Of a DNA stretch of 64,000 nt, positions 1 to 12,182 are shown piece after piece. The translations under genes were made by a program, and so were the position numbers. The first letter of the stretch is position 1; the number at the start of each line of letters is the position of its first letter. The stretch covers positions 38,006,001 through 38,070,000 of the forward strand of contig NC_043006.1 of NCBI RefSeq assembly GCF_006345805.1, in the 5' to 3' direction. The notes beneath the pieces are model-generated. The model was given only the letters and a program-made list of their open reading frames with translations, had not been told where the DNA came from and searched no databases. The stretch is from Octopus sinensis (lineage: Eukaryota).

Positions 1-16
1 TAGCTAGCAAGGGTGC

Positions 17-101
17 TATATATATATTATATAAATATATATATTTAATATATATATTATATAAATATATATATTATATATATATATACATATATAATTA
101 T

Positions 102-132
<31 letters not shown>

Positions 133-385
133 CATATATTATAAATATATACATATATATATTATATATATACATATATTATAAATATATACATATATAT
201 AGATATATTATATATATATACATATATATATTATATACATATATATATATTATATATATATATATATACATATATATATTATATATATATATATACATAT
301 ATAATTATTATATATATATATATACACATATAATATATTATATATACGTATATGATATATTATATATATATATAAGCATATTATA
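17..385. repeat. (TA)n-rich microsatellite
   Basis: Near-pure TA dinucleotide run. Many similar TA/CA tracts occur throughout the window and are not all listed. Confidence 0.95.
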
Positions 386-1263
386 TACATGTAATATAGT
401 GTGTGCATGTGTGTACCTTTCTCAACTGTTTCTCTGTCACACACCCACACACATACACCCACAATCACCCATCACCATCATCAGCACCAACACCATGTGT
501 CTGGCTATTATCTTTTACTGAAGAATATTTGACTCTTAATTCACTAATTTGTTGGAATTGCAAAGGAAGAAAAGAGCAAAAGTCTGTTGTTTTCCTTTTG
601 TTTTTCCCCGCAAAATAACCAAATGCAAATTGATGGATTTTCCATTCTCACAAAAAAAATACTTGTCGTTACCAAAACCATCAGCATCATCACCATCATT
701 GGATGTCTTAGCCAACCTCACATTGTCATAGCTATATTCGTCATCATCATTGTCATCAATGCCATTATCATCATAGATATCATGAATATGAAACCATTAT
801 GATGATGTCTTTGATCATAGGTCTTTGATCAGGACTAAACTGGGGCTAAGCAACAACACTAACAACAATAACAACAACAAGAATAAATGTAAATGTGGCA
901 ACAACAACCTGACAGCAATAATAATAGTATTTTCTTTTATGTTAAATATAATTCGCCATAAAAGAAATTATTATTCTTTTTGTAAATGATTTAATAGGCA
1001 GAGGTATGACGTCAGGAAAAATAACACTACTTGAGGGAAGTTGCTCGGCATTTTACATGAAACAGCTGTGAATTTGACAAACACCTGAAAGTACGCCTTC
1101 TTAGAAAATATTCTGTCTTCACTTTAGTTTCAGTCTTCAAGGCATATGATGATAAATATATTTGTAAGTTTCTAGCATGAAGCCCTTGGGGGAGATGAAC
1201 TAAATGATAGAACTGCTTATCATATTTATACAAAATTTCTTGCCCAACAATTCTCTTGTTGAA

Positions 1264-1604
1264 CATTGCCCATAAACTCACAACAGACAAACTGTAGACA
1301 AAGACCCTTCTCTGAGGACCAGCCCGATAGTTAGCCTGTAGTGAAGGTCCTTTGTCAACAGTTCATCTGTTATGAGTTTATTGGCAATGCCCTACATAGC
1401 TCCGTAGGGCATTGCCCATGAACTCACAACAGACAAACTGTAGACAAGGACCTTTCTCTGAGGACCAGCCCGATAGTTAGGCTGTAGTGAAGGTCCTTTG
1501 TCTACAGTTCATCTGTTATGAGTTTATTGGCAATGCCCTACATAGCTCTGTAGGGCATTGCCCATGAGCTCACAACAGACAAACAGTAGACAAGGACCTT
1601 CACT
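1264..1604. repeat. 146-bp tandem repeat (~2.3 units) whose unit is a long imperfect palindrome
   Basis: CATTGCCC recurs at 1264, 1410 and 1556. Each unit is arm A + loop + reverse-complement arm A' + CCCTAC/GTAGGG hairpin. Confidence 0.9.
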
Positions 1605-2352
1605 TTTTTCTTTGCTTCTTTCTTCTTCTTTTAACCAGTTTCAAATAAGCAAAACTTAATGATGTCTATTCACTAGTCTCCTTCCCCAAAATTGCAGGTC
1701 TTGTGCCTAAAGGAGAAAGGATTATTATTATTATTATCATTATTGTATTTACGTTGTGCTGGTTCCATGCAAAAAACACCAAGCACACTTTGTAAAGTGT
1801 TAAGAAGGGTATCCAGCTCTGGTCCTCTCAGTTGGCAAAAATGAGTAACCCTGCAACGGACCAGTGGGAAATTTACATGCTATGGAAACCGGTGAAACTG
1901 GGCCTTATGAGTTGACACAACTCGAGAAGGTAAACTCTGCCTATTTATAAAAACATAAAGTTACAGAGGCAACTAAGACAATACAAAATGAACAAGTCCT
2001 GAGAGAGGAAGGGCATTGCACCAAAATCCACAAAGCTGAAGAAGCAGGGACACAAGTGGAGAGGAGCAGAAAAGACACCCCAGAGTTAAAAGAATGAAAA
2101 ATGGTAGACAAGAATTATCAATGCTCCATAGGAAGGAAAAGGTTTAAGTAAGTAATCTGGGGTGGTGGCCTGACAGAACCATAAGAAAACTCCACTGGGT
2201 GTCTAGAAGTATTTCTTTTGCCTTTTTACATTCTAAGTTCAAATCCTGCCCAAGCCTATGTGGGAAGTAGACTTAATCTATCACCTAATCTAAAACCACT
2301 ACCTGGCACTTTGCAACAGAGTGGAGTCTGTTTAAGGGACCTTAGACGTAAC

Positions 2353-3032
2353 CATTATTTCTATGCCATTGATGTGTGGTGTGTGGATGAAGGCGGTGAG
2401 CTGGCAGAAACGTTTGTGTGCCGGGCGAAATGCTTAGCGGTATTTCATCTGTCGTTACATTCGGAGTTCAAATTCCACCGAGGTCAACTTTGCCTTTCAT
2501 CCTTTCAGGGTCGATTAAATAAGTACCAGTTATGCACTGGGGTCGATATAATCGACTTAATCCGTTTGTCTGTCCTTGTTTGTCATCTCTGTGTTTAGCC
2601 CCTTGTGAGTAGTAAAGAAATAGGTATTTCGTCTGTCGTTACATTCTGAGTTCAAATTCCGCCGAGGTTGATTTTGCCTTTCATCCTTTCGGGGTCGATA
2701 AATTAAGTACCAGTTTCGCACTGTGGTTGATGTAATCAACTTAATCCCTTTGCCTGTCCTTGTTTGTCCCCTCTATGTTTAGCCCCTTGTGGGCAGTAAA
2801 GAAATATATGCCATTGATGTGTGGGAAAAGGGGTTATAAGTTTCCTGATGGACTGTTTTGTGATTTATGGGTAGCCACTCCTCAGAGAAGACATACCCAG
2901 CTTCCTCCCTCAAACAATAGCACAGATCTGCTGATCTATGTCCTCTCTAAGGGATGATCTAAAAGCTGTGAAATGGTCCATCGGGAAACTCCCTTCATAT
3001 ATTTTCTGTACATCAATGGCATAGAAAGAATG
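2353..3032. mobile_element. Foldback/MITE-like element interrupted by a SINE
   Basis: Left CATTATTTCTATGCCATTGATGT pairs with right ACATCAATGGCATAGAAAGAATG. Inner arms AGTTTCCTGATGGAC / GTCCATCGGGAAACT also pair. Confidence 0.7.
2390..2806 (+). mobile_element. tRNA-derived SINE family B, with tandemly duplicated body
   Basis: Head AAGGCGGTGAGCTGGCAGAA, B-box-like GAGTTCAAATTCC, central GCCTTTCATCCTTTCGGGGTCGATAAATTAAGTACCAG. 18-bp TSD TATGCCATTGATGTGTGG at 2362-2379 and 2807-2824. Confidence 0.9.
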
Positions 3033-3169
3033 AGTTTATATTCTTAGTTAACCCACAGTAAGGCTTTATAATATTTAAATCTATTTCCATTCTGATTTAC
3101 ATTGTGTTGAGCACAATGTCTATTGTCATCATTATCATAAAATCCACTTTCTATACTTCCATGGGTCAG

Positions 3170-3542
3170 ATAGGAGAAGACACTTGCCCAAGGTGCCACT
3201 GCATGGCACCTTGGGCAAGTGTCTTCTCCTATAGCCTTGGGCCGACCAAAGCCTTGTGAGCGGAGTTGGTAGACGGAAACTGAAAGAAGCCTGTTGTATA
3301 TATGTATATATATGTGTGTGTGTGTGCGTGTGTGTGTGTGTATATGTTTGTGTGTTTGTCCCCCCAACATCACTTGACAACCGATGCTGGTGTGTTTATG
3401 TCCCCGTAACTTGGCAGTTCAGCAAAAGAGACCAATAGAATAAGTACTAGGCTTACAAATAATAAGTGATGGGATCGATTTGTTTGACTACAGGTGGTGC
3501 TCCAGCATGGCCACAGTCAAATGACTGAAACAAGTAAAAGAG
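3170..3542 (+). mobile_element. SINE family A (tRNA/CORE-like), 5'-truncated with 5' inversion
   Basis: CCTTGGGCAAGTGTCTTCT core, internal TA/TG microsatellite, tail GTCAAATGACTGAAACAAGTAAAAGAG. Confidence 0.9.
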
Positions 3543-4360
3543 TATATATATATATATATATATATATGTAAAACATGCCCTGTATCTCCAAGCAATCTTC
3601 AGGCTCTGAGCACATGGTCTATTCCTGCCTTAACTTGTGTCTCCAAACAAGCTACTATATGTAGCTCATATCTCTATATTGTATACTGGATTCACTAAAC
3701 GAAACAATAATACACACACACACACACACACACATATATATTTATACCTGACCTTATTTACTCCATATTTGTAGGGCGGTATCATTAACCAAAGTTTATT
3801 TGACACAGATTGATTATTCACATCCCCCCACCCCACCACCACCTCCACCTGTGCCTCATCTTCTTCATCATCATCCACAGAAATCAATGAAGGCACTTTA
3901 GTCGACAAGTAGGCATATCAAGTCGTAAAGGTTATAAGAAGTGCACAGCATTGGTTGTAATTAGAGAATAATATCTATATTTAGGATGTAACCTTGTCTC
4001 AGTTGTAGAGTGTAGTCAATGAAAACATTGTTTGTCTTGCTTTAGGAAAAACAACATGCATACATATGCATGTATAAACACATACACACAGCTTACACAA
4101 AGAATCTCTCTATTTGTGCAGATACACGCAAATAACAAAATGACAAAAATATTTTTTTCAAATATATAGTGCAGTTATGAAAATGTTAATATATGTGTCA
4201 TTTCACATCTCTCAGCATGGTTGTGTAGATAAGGAGGTTACTTTACAACTAAATGGTTTCAGGTTCAGTCCCACTGTGTGGTGGCTCACTGACTAAGAGT
4301 TTTCTATTATTGCTCTGATCCAATCAAAGCCCTGTAAATAGGTTTGGTGGGCGGAAATAC

Positions 4361-4855
4361 CCTCCATCAGGCATTTGGCGTTTTCTGAACGCCTTAGTTC
4401 CCTGGGTATGGATACATTGAAACTCTAACGTCTGGCAGCTGACTTGGCAGACACCCATAAAAGTATTAACCATCTTACTAACAATAACTCTGAGCACCTT
4501 TTCAAACTCCACCTGTTTAACACCCGTGAACATGTTTACAAAGTCAGAAAACAGCACAGCTCCCATGACTTTTGGAAACATTTTTTCATGCTAAGAGTTG
4601 CTGAAGTATGGAACAAACTGCCAGCATCAGTTGGTAGTTGTTGGAGCAGTGCATCCTTCAAAACTTCCATGCTTCCTGAGATTCGCCAACACTACACCTG
4701 ATTTTCTCCCCTCCATACACATGCAAGCATGTATCTGACTCATATACTGTTCACTTCCCAGACATTTGTACATTATTGCATATGCTTTATACGCACTTTT
4801 GGCAAGTTGTGGTGCACCTGAGCACTGTAAACAATAATTTCATTATTATATTATA
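4361..4855 (+). mobile_element. CR1-clade LINE 3' fragment (ORF2 C-terminus + 3'UTR) inserted in a SINE A copy
   Basis: Translates to ...NTREHVYKV...KHFFMLRVAEVWNKLPASV...SFK, matching the CR1 C-terminal pattern TRGH..KL...FFS.RVV..WN.LP. One upstream stop; (ATT)-like tail. Confidence 0.85.
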
Positions 4856-4873
4856 TAAATTCAAAGAAGCCTA

Positions 4874-4923
<50 letters not shown>

Positions 4924-4926
4924 TAA

Positions 4927-5653
4927 ATAATTAATTAATAAGGGTGAGAGAATTAGATACTAATTTAATAGTATATTTATTCAACACCAAGTGGCCTAGT
5001 GCTACAAGAAACCTGGATTATTATAATATTTTATAACATATTATAATATTTTTACAAAATAAATATAAGAGAGTGGTCACTATATTGCTCACTCTAGCAC
5101 CAGTTAATCCAAAAGGTTTCAACCACGAAAATACATGTTTCCCATGAAAGCCAGTACGACTGTTAGCTCACACGGACAGGGCAAATAAAAATAACAAAAT
5201 ACAGATTATTTTGGGACAATTGTTTCGCTATTAATGAATTAAATGTAATATTACTTACAAAAAATCCATTTGTAGCTCGTCAGCCAAGACTATCTGGATG
5301 AAATCCACTCAATCACATGCCAGATTTTACCATAACGATAAATACGCGTGTGGTTCAATTGATTACATCCGACGTTATAATTCAAATGCCCCAACCAACA
5401 GCGCGCCAAACTTTCACGGAAAACAAATACAGCATTTAGAAATAAATGCAGCATAATTATAATTAATTAATAAGGGTGAGAGAATTAGATACTAATTTAA
5501 TAGTATATTTATTCAACACCAAGTGGCCTAGTGCTACAAGAAACCTGGATTATTATAATATTTTATGGCTTTCATGGGAAACATGTATTTTCGTGGTTGA
5601 AACCTTTTGGATTAACTGGTGCTAGAGTGAGCAATATAGTGACCACTCTCTTA

Positions 5654-5662
<9 letters not shown>
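4927..5662 (-). mobile_element. 532-nt-unit hammerhead element (retrozyme / non-autonomous PLE-like), copy 1
   Basis: 108-nt direct repeat 4927-5034 = 5459-5566 (period 532). Segment 5567-5662 is the reverse complement of 5057-5152. Internal hammerhead. Confidence 0.85.
5211..5287 (-). ncRNA. Minimal type I hammerhead ribozyme (canonical core)
   Basis: Minus strand: TTGG-CTGACGA-GCTA[long loop]TAGC-GAAA-CAATTG-TC-CCAA. Predicted GUC cleavage between 5215 and 5214. Confidence 0.88.
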
Positions 5663-5687
<25 letters not shown>

Positions 5688-5688
<1 letters not shown>

Positions 5689-6000
5689 CACCGTGATCAC
5701 CATGACCGACCAGGCTATCAGATGTTGCTACACATCGCTGGTCACAATGCATTTCACATTGTTTTAGCCTTTAAATGACGCCACCCCGCTGGCTAAGCGA
5801 GCAGGCCAACAGAAGAAAGAGTGAGAGAAAGTTGCGGCGAAAGAGTACAGCAGGGATTGCCCCCCCCCCCCTGCCAGAGCCTCAAGGAGCTTTAGGTGTT
5901 TTCGCTCAATAAACACTCACAATGCCTAGTCTAGGAATCGAAACCGTGATCCTATGACCGTGAGTCCACTGCCCTAACCACTGGGCCATTGCACCTCCAC
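5688..6000 (-). mobile_element. tRNA-derived SINE (distinct family)
   Basis: Minus-strand head GTGGAGGTGCAATGGCCCAGTGGTTAGGGCAGTGGACTC...GGTTTCGATTCC with A- and B-box-like motifs. Confidence 0.8.
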
Positions 6001-6044
6001 TTATATATATATATATGAATGCGTGTGTGTGTGTCTCTTTGTAT

Positions 6045-6410
6045 TGATATTGTGTAACAGTTATGATTGCCGCTGTCATACAAGCAGGGCTGGCCCTAGG
6101 GGTACTGGTACCTCGAGCAAGTTGAACTTCGGTACCTTTACAAGTATAATTTTTAAAACTTTCAAAAGAAGAAAATCTGAAAATGTGGACTACAAAGCAC
6201 AAGTCACTGGTTCCTTGAGCCAGCCCTGCATACAAGCAGTATCATTCTTTCCCAATATTCTGTGAAAACTTGTCCAGCCATAGGAAACTATAACCTTCCT
6301 TGGAAATAAATGAGGGATGGCAACAGGAAAGGGTTCCAGCTGTCAAAAAATCTGCCTCAATTAACTCTGTCAGAATCAAGCAAACACAGAAAAGTGGATG
6401 TTAAAATAGA
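6045..6410 (+). mobile_element. RTE-tailed short element (family F); related copies near 20150, 36235, 36545, 38220
   Basis: GGCAACAGGAAAGGG..CCAGCTG...AAATCTGCCTCAA...GAAAAGTGGATGTTAAA, repeated elsewhere in the window. Confidence 0.6.
6085..6228. mobile_element. 144-bp hAT-type MITE
   Basis: TIR CAGGGCTGGC/GCCAGCCCTG; perfect 8-bp TSD CATACAAG at 6077-6084 and 6229-6236. Confidence 0.9.
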
Positions 6411-6416
6411 TGACTT

Positions 6417-6451
<35 letters not shown>

Positions 6452-6815
6452 ATGTATGTGTGTGTACACACGCGTGTATGCAGGCCTGTGTGTATGCATG
6501 TATCATCATCATCATCATCATTTAATGTCAGTTCCCCATGGGTTGGATAGTTTGAGAGGAGTTGGCTGAGCAGGAGAACTGCACCAGGCTCCATGGTTTA
6601 TCCAGTTGGATGCCTTGCATGACACCAACCACGTTACAAAGTGTACTGGATGCCTTTTACATGGTGCCTTTTACAGCACTTTTTACGTGGTACCAGCACA
6701 AGTGCATTTTATTTGGCACCAAGTAACTTGCAAGACAAAAATCATCTTCTGGGAGTGGGGAGTAGTATGGTGGGGGTGTCCTTGTGAAGGTGAATGAGGA
6801 ATTGAAAGTATAGAA

Positions 6816-7096
6816 CAGCGGTTCCCAAAGTGGAAGGGTATTGCCCCCCACCGAGGGGGTGTTAAAGAAAAGTCGGGTGATAATGGGGTAGCGATTCATG
6901 TAAAAAGTGGGGCGATAACGGAGTAGCGATTCATCTATAAGCAACAAAATAATGGGTTTATTAGGTTAAGTTTTATTTGCTTTGAATTTGCTTCAGAAAG
7001 AGATCTATGTTTGTGATGGTTAGTTGGGATGGAAGCGCTAGGAATGTAGCCTTGGTGTTAAAGGGGCAGCAGCCCCAAAAAATATGGGAACCACTG
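6816..7096. mobile_element. hAT (Charlie-like) MITE
   Basis: TIR CAGCGGTTCCCA/TGGGAACCACTG; 8-bp TSD GTATAGAA/GTACAGAA. Confidence 0.88.
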
Positions 7097-7834
7097 GTAC
7101 AGAAGGGCCTGGCTAGGTATCTTGCTGTAGAGCAGGTACGTGGATATGCCTAGTTGGAAAAGAAAGGAGAGCAAATTAGAGAGAAAGATACAGAAAACCT
7201 GTGGTTTGGAGAGTAAATAAAGAGAGCAATAGTGAGCGAGAGAGATGGTGATGAAGATGTGTAAAGACAGGTGATAATGGCAAATGATGGAGTGAATACA
7301 GGAGAGGATAGGAGATAGGGGTTGTGGTAGATATGTAAGTACATTCAGGGTGATATGTGTGGGTGTGTGGGTGTGAATGAATGTGTGTGTATGTATGTAT
7401 GATCACTAATGCTGTCACACTCTAGCTTTTCATTATCTGACACAAGATTCCTTCTTCCAATGCCTATTCTCCTCTCAAAATTCCTTGAGCCTGCAGGTAC
7501 TGGTTCCATGTAAAGTCCACATTGTAAAGTGGTTGACATTGAGAAGGGCATCCAGCTGTAAAATCTACACCAAAACTGACATTACCATGTGAAAAGCACT
7601 CAGTCCATTCTGTGAAGTGGCTGGTGTTAGGAAGGGCATCCAGCCATAAAATAACAGGCCATAACAGTTACAGTAACCTGGGTTAGTCCTATTTGGCCGG
7701 TTCCTGTCAAACTGTCCAACCCATGCCTGTATGGGAGCCAGATATTAAACAATGATGATGATGCACACAACCACATAACTTTATTTACATTATTTACATT
7801 TGACGGATATTTGTCCCCATCTTGTTTGTTGTTA

Positions 7835-7878
7835 ACACAACATTTTGGCTGATATACCCTCCAGCCTTCATCAGGTGT
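7835..7878 (-). ncRNA. Degenerate minimal hammerhead (left arm)
   Basis: ACAC-CTGATGA-A-GGCTG[10]CAGCC-AAAATGTT-GTGT; GAAAC has decayed to AAAAT. Confidence 0.65.
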
Positions 7879-8248
7879 CTTGGGGAATTTCAAACCTGGG
7901 TTCTCATTCCTAAGGCATTTTTCAATGCTGTTATTATTATTATTATTATTCAGGTCACTGCTTGGAATCGAACTCAGAATCTTGGAGTTAGTAGTCCGCG
8001 CTCTTAACCACTATGCCATATGTCCATGAGCAATTATGGAGTGAATTTTAGGACTTATAAATCTAATATTCTCCTATCCTTCCTTAATACCAGTTCCCAT
8101 ATGGCGTAGTGATTAAGAGCGCGGGCTACCAACCCCAAGATTCCGAGTTTGATTCCAGGCAGTGACCTGAATAATAATGTCGTCATCATCATCATCATCA
8201 TCATAAAATATCTTAGGAATGAGAACCCAGGTTCGAAATTTCCCTAAG

Positions 8249-8290
8249 ACACCTAAAGAAGGCTGGAGGGTATATCAGCCGAAACATGTT
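8249..8290 (+). ncRNA. Degenerate minimal hammerhead (right arm)
   Basis: ACAC-CTAAAGA-A-GGCTG[10]CAGCC-GAAAC; 5' core mutated, GAAA intact. Confidence 0.55.
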
Positions 8291-9000
8291 AATAAACAAG
8301 ATGAGGACAAATATCCATCAAATGTAAATAATGTGCATAATTCCTTGTCTCTTAAATATAGAACTGTACCACATAACTTGTTGCAAGTGACTATATATTC
8401 AGTCTCATTTCTGTAATTCTTCATCTTTCTGCTTTCAATCCTTATTCCATTTTCTTCTTGTTTCATTCCATCTTTCAGTTTTACATATTCTTTTTGCCTG
8501 GAATCTTACTTCTGTTTCTTCTCAAGTTTCTTGCTGTCATTTTGTAGCGCTACTTTTTCCTTCTATTCAATTTACATCAAAATTTTGACACCTTCATGTT
8601 ATAATCTCCATCATCTTTCTGCAGATCAAATTCTGCAGTTCCTCTGTGACTAAGAATTTCTTCATCTGTTTAAGCTGTAATTGCCTAATGAATATTTGAT
8701 AAGTCATTTTTACACTTCCTTAATCTCATTCCCTCACTCTCAAATCATTTTTCATTATGCTGACGCACAAACCTCATTATTTCCTCTCTTCTCATCTTTC
8801 TATCTATTTCTCTGTGAGTGTGTGTATGTGTACACACAAACACAAACACACTTGTGATTTTATTTAGGCATAGCAATACTAATAACCACTTGTCAGGACT
8901 CAAGATAATTATGCTTCAGAGTAAATTGCTACACAATTACAGGGCATAATATCAATTAATGAATGACAAAAGAACAGTAGACACCTGATTACTTTCAATA

Positions 9001-9046
9001 GCTTACAGCTGTTTCTCACAGCTTACTGAAGCAGTGTACTCAGAGC
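9001..9046 (-). ncRNA. Degenerate minimal hammerhead
   Basis: GCT-CTGAGTA-CAC[14]GTG-A-GAAA-CAGCTG-TA-AGC; G8 lost. Confidence 0.55.
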
Positions 9047-9710
9047 TCAACACCAATGCAACATCCTACAATCCCTCTTTGGTCACACGTAAAATCTGCT
9101 TTCACTTCTCTTCATTTTCTCAATGTCTTCTCTCCTATCAGCATTTTGATATTATTCACAAATTATTCACTTACATTTTATACCTCTGTTATTTTATCAC
9201 ATTACCTCTCTAATTTCCCTTCTTTACTGCAGAGCTCTATTTTTCTTTCCCTCACTTTTCTACTCTTTCTCATGCTTTCTCTTGCACTCTCTCTCTCTAT
9301 ATATATACATGTCTCCTTGCCCGTTTGCCAGTTTTGTTTGCTGGTTGGCAGCAAGCTTTTTATATTTCTCTCCCTTTCCCACCGTGTAAGTCTTTTATCC
9401 ATACATTTATCTAATCAAGATATCTTTATAATACTCTCTTGCACACACTCACATACACTCTCCTCCATCTCTCTCAGCACAACCACTGCTTCCTCCTTCC
9501 ATTTTCTGATGGTGTGACAGAATAGAGAAGGAAACCAGCAAACAAAAAAAGGGAGCTGACCTTTAAAAATACTGATACTTATGCTTACACTTACATACAT
9601 ATACACACACACTGTGATATATATATAGAGAGAGAGAGCGAGAAACATCTACACAAACATACAAGCTACATATTTATATACATAATCATAAAATGTGTAT
9701 ATATTTATAT

Positions 9711-9755
<45 letters not shown>

Positions 9756-10990
9756 TCATCTCTATATATCTATGCATATATTTCTTTTCATGCATTTATT
9801 CATCTAAACAAGTCCCTTAATGTCCCATAATTAAGACAGCACTCGAAATATATTTTATATAAAGATCCATACAAGATATATGGGACATGCTTGAAGCACA
9901 TACACACACACACAGGTGTGCGTATGTGTTTGTATGTGTGTGCATGCATGCCTATGTGCATGCTTGCGTGTGTTTGTGTGATTGTGTTAGCATGTGTGCG
10001 TGTGTGCATGAGCAGTGTTGCTGATGCATTCACTGGGCAAAAACAACATCGAAATCAAGGATGCATTTCCTGTTGGTATCACCATTAATAATGTCAAATC
10101 AATGACTGGTGAGATGAGTGCGTGTAAGCGTGCAATTATAGTTGTGCGTGTGTTTGTGTGCTTGTGTATGTGTGTAATTAAAAAGAGTGACGGGGGTGTA
10201 TGTGGCTGTGTTTAAAAGAGAGACAGATAAAGAGAGAGAGAGATATACAGACAGAGTGAGCAACAGAGAGAATGGGCAACAGAGAGAGAGAGAGAGCAAC
10301 AGAGAGAGTGAAAGAGAGGGAAACTGAGAGAGCGAAAGAGAGAAAAACAAAGAGAGTGGGCAACAGAGAGAGAAGGCAACAGAAAGGGAGTGAGCAAAAG
10401 AGAGGGGGAGCAACTGAGAGAGTGAAAGAGAGGGAGAGAGAGAAACAGAGAGTGGGCAACAGAGAGGGAGAAGACAACAGAAAAGGAGGGAGCAACTGAG
10501 AGAGGGAAAGAGAGACAGAGAGGGAATGAAAGAGAGGGAGAAAGAGAGAAACAGACAAACAGAGAATTCCATGAAATTGCATTTATGTTTCACTGTGTTT
10601 CTTTAAATTTGCTAATGTGCATGCATTTATGAGTTGGTGTGTGTGTGCGTGTAAGGAAATCAGTGCTCGTGTGCGTGTTTGTGTATATGAGTTTCTATAA
10701 ATGGTTAATACGCATGTAAGCGAGGGAAGAAAAAGGGGATGCACACCGTGATGAGAGACTTGATACGGTTTTTAAGTACCAAGTGCAGTCATGCATGCTT
10801 GATTGCATACCTGCCGTGAATATCGATGCATCTATGCCATGGATGTTGGTATTTCCAATAAACACTAACATCATATATACATATGAGAGAGATAGACAGA
10901 CAGGTAGACAGATACAGAGGTATATATATATATATATATTATATATATATATACACACACACATATATATATACATATATATATATATAC

Positions 10991-11023
<33 letters not shown>

Positions 11024-11141
11024 CATACATATATATATATACATATATATGTATAAGGGTGAAAAGGAACACACAAGTTGATATATATGAAAAAACAAGT
11101 CAAAAATAGAAAATGCTAAAATAATTTTATAGTGAACATTT

Positions 11142-11179
11142 CAGTACCGGTTTCAGTCATTTTGAGACCTTTTCAACTG
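11142..11179 (-). ncRNA. Minimal hammerhead, U3-A8 variant
   Basis: CAG-TTGAAAA-GGTC[7]GACT-GAAA-CCGG-TA-CTG. Confidence 0.7.
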
Positions 11180-11499
11180 TAACGATTAAATAATTAAATT
11201 TAGAAAAATTAGAAGAAAAGTTTTTTTAAAAGAATATTTCTATAGTAGTGTTCAGATTTAAGTGGCATTCTGCCTTTCTCTGACTCCCTTGTTTGCAAGT
11301 TGTGAGTTCTTGGAAGGGTAGTAGAGGAAGAAGGCTGGTGGGGAAAGGGGGATGGGAGAATCTGGGAGTGCCCTGATGGTCGTATTTTGAATGGTCAGTG
11401 GCGGCTGGCAGTCTCAGTTCAATTCAGGAGAATATTTATATTGACAGGCTTGTTTATAGAATTAGCGTAGGTGTTATACTAAAAAACATTAGTGACAAA

Positions 11500-11760
11500 G
11501 TTAAGGGGTGGGGGTGGAGAAGTAGAAGAAGAAGAAGAAGAAGAAGAAGAAGGAGAAGGAGAAGATGACGATGATGGTGGTGGTGGTGATGATTATGACG
11601 ACGATGATGATGATAATGATGATGATGAAGAAGAAGAAGAAGAAGAAGGAGGAGAAGGAGAAGATGGTGGTGATGATGGTGGTGATGATGATGACGACGA
11701 TGATGATGATAATGATGATGATGAAGAAGAAGAGGAAGAAGAAGAAGAAGAAAGAAACAG
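11500..11760. repeat. (GAA)n/(GAT)n compound microsatellite with internal duplication
   Basis: Direct reading. Confidence 0.9.
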
Positions 11761-11866
11761 AGAAGGGGGAATATGAATGGGTGTAAGTATAGCTATGAAG
11801 GGGCTGATTAGTAATGGATTCTATGGAGTGTAATATTTGTGTGTGTATATATATTTTTCTTTTATT

Positions 11867-12010
11867 CTAAAGTTGAGGTATATTAATTGCTTGTCTTAGA
11901 AGTGGCTTGTATTTTGTAATAAAGAGATTTTCTTTACTTATTCGTTGTCTCGAGGTTGTATCTTCCCTAAATTGGTAGAGGGGGAAAATTCTGAAGTTTG
12001 GTGTTTTTTT
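11867..12010 (-). pseudogene. PLE GIY-YIG endonuclease C-terminal fragment
   Basis: KKTPNFRIFPLYQFREDTTSRQRISKENLFITKYKPLLRQAINIPQL*, resembling the PLE end motif F.IFPFY...R..KE..FI.KFKP.LN. Confidence 0.65.
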
Positions 12011-12182
12011 AGCCTTCTTCCTCTACTACCCATCCAAGAACTCACAACGACCTCCGACACACAAGTGCAAACAAGGGAGTCAGAGAAAGGCAGAATGCCA
12101 CTTAAATCTGAACACTACTATAGAAATATTCTTTTAAAAAACTTTTCTTCTAATTTTTCTAAATTTAATTATTTAATCGTTA

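Larger units (their letters stand above)
7787..8334. mobile_element. Head-to-head inverted pair of tRNA-headed, hammerhead-bearing short elements
   Basis: Arms 7787-8022 (-) and 8098-8334 (+), 75-bp spacer. Each arm has a tRNA-like head (TGGCGTAGTG..., GAGTTCGATTCC), a trinucleotide linker and a hammerhead-like motif. Confidence 0.85.

Noticed and set aside
3809-3901. Possible terminal exon IDYSHPPTPPPPPPVPHLLHHHPQKSMKAL*
   Set aside because: Weak acceptor, low complexity, no supporting upstream exon.
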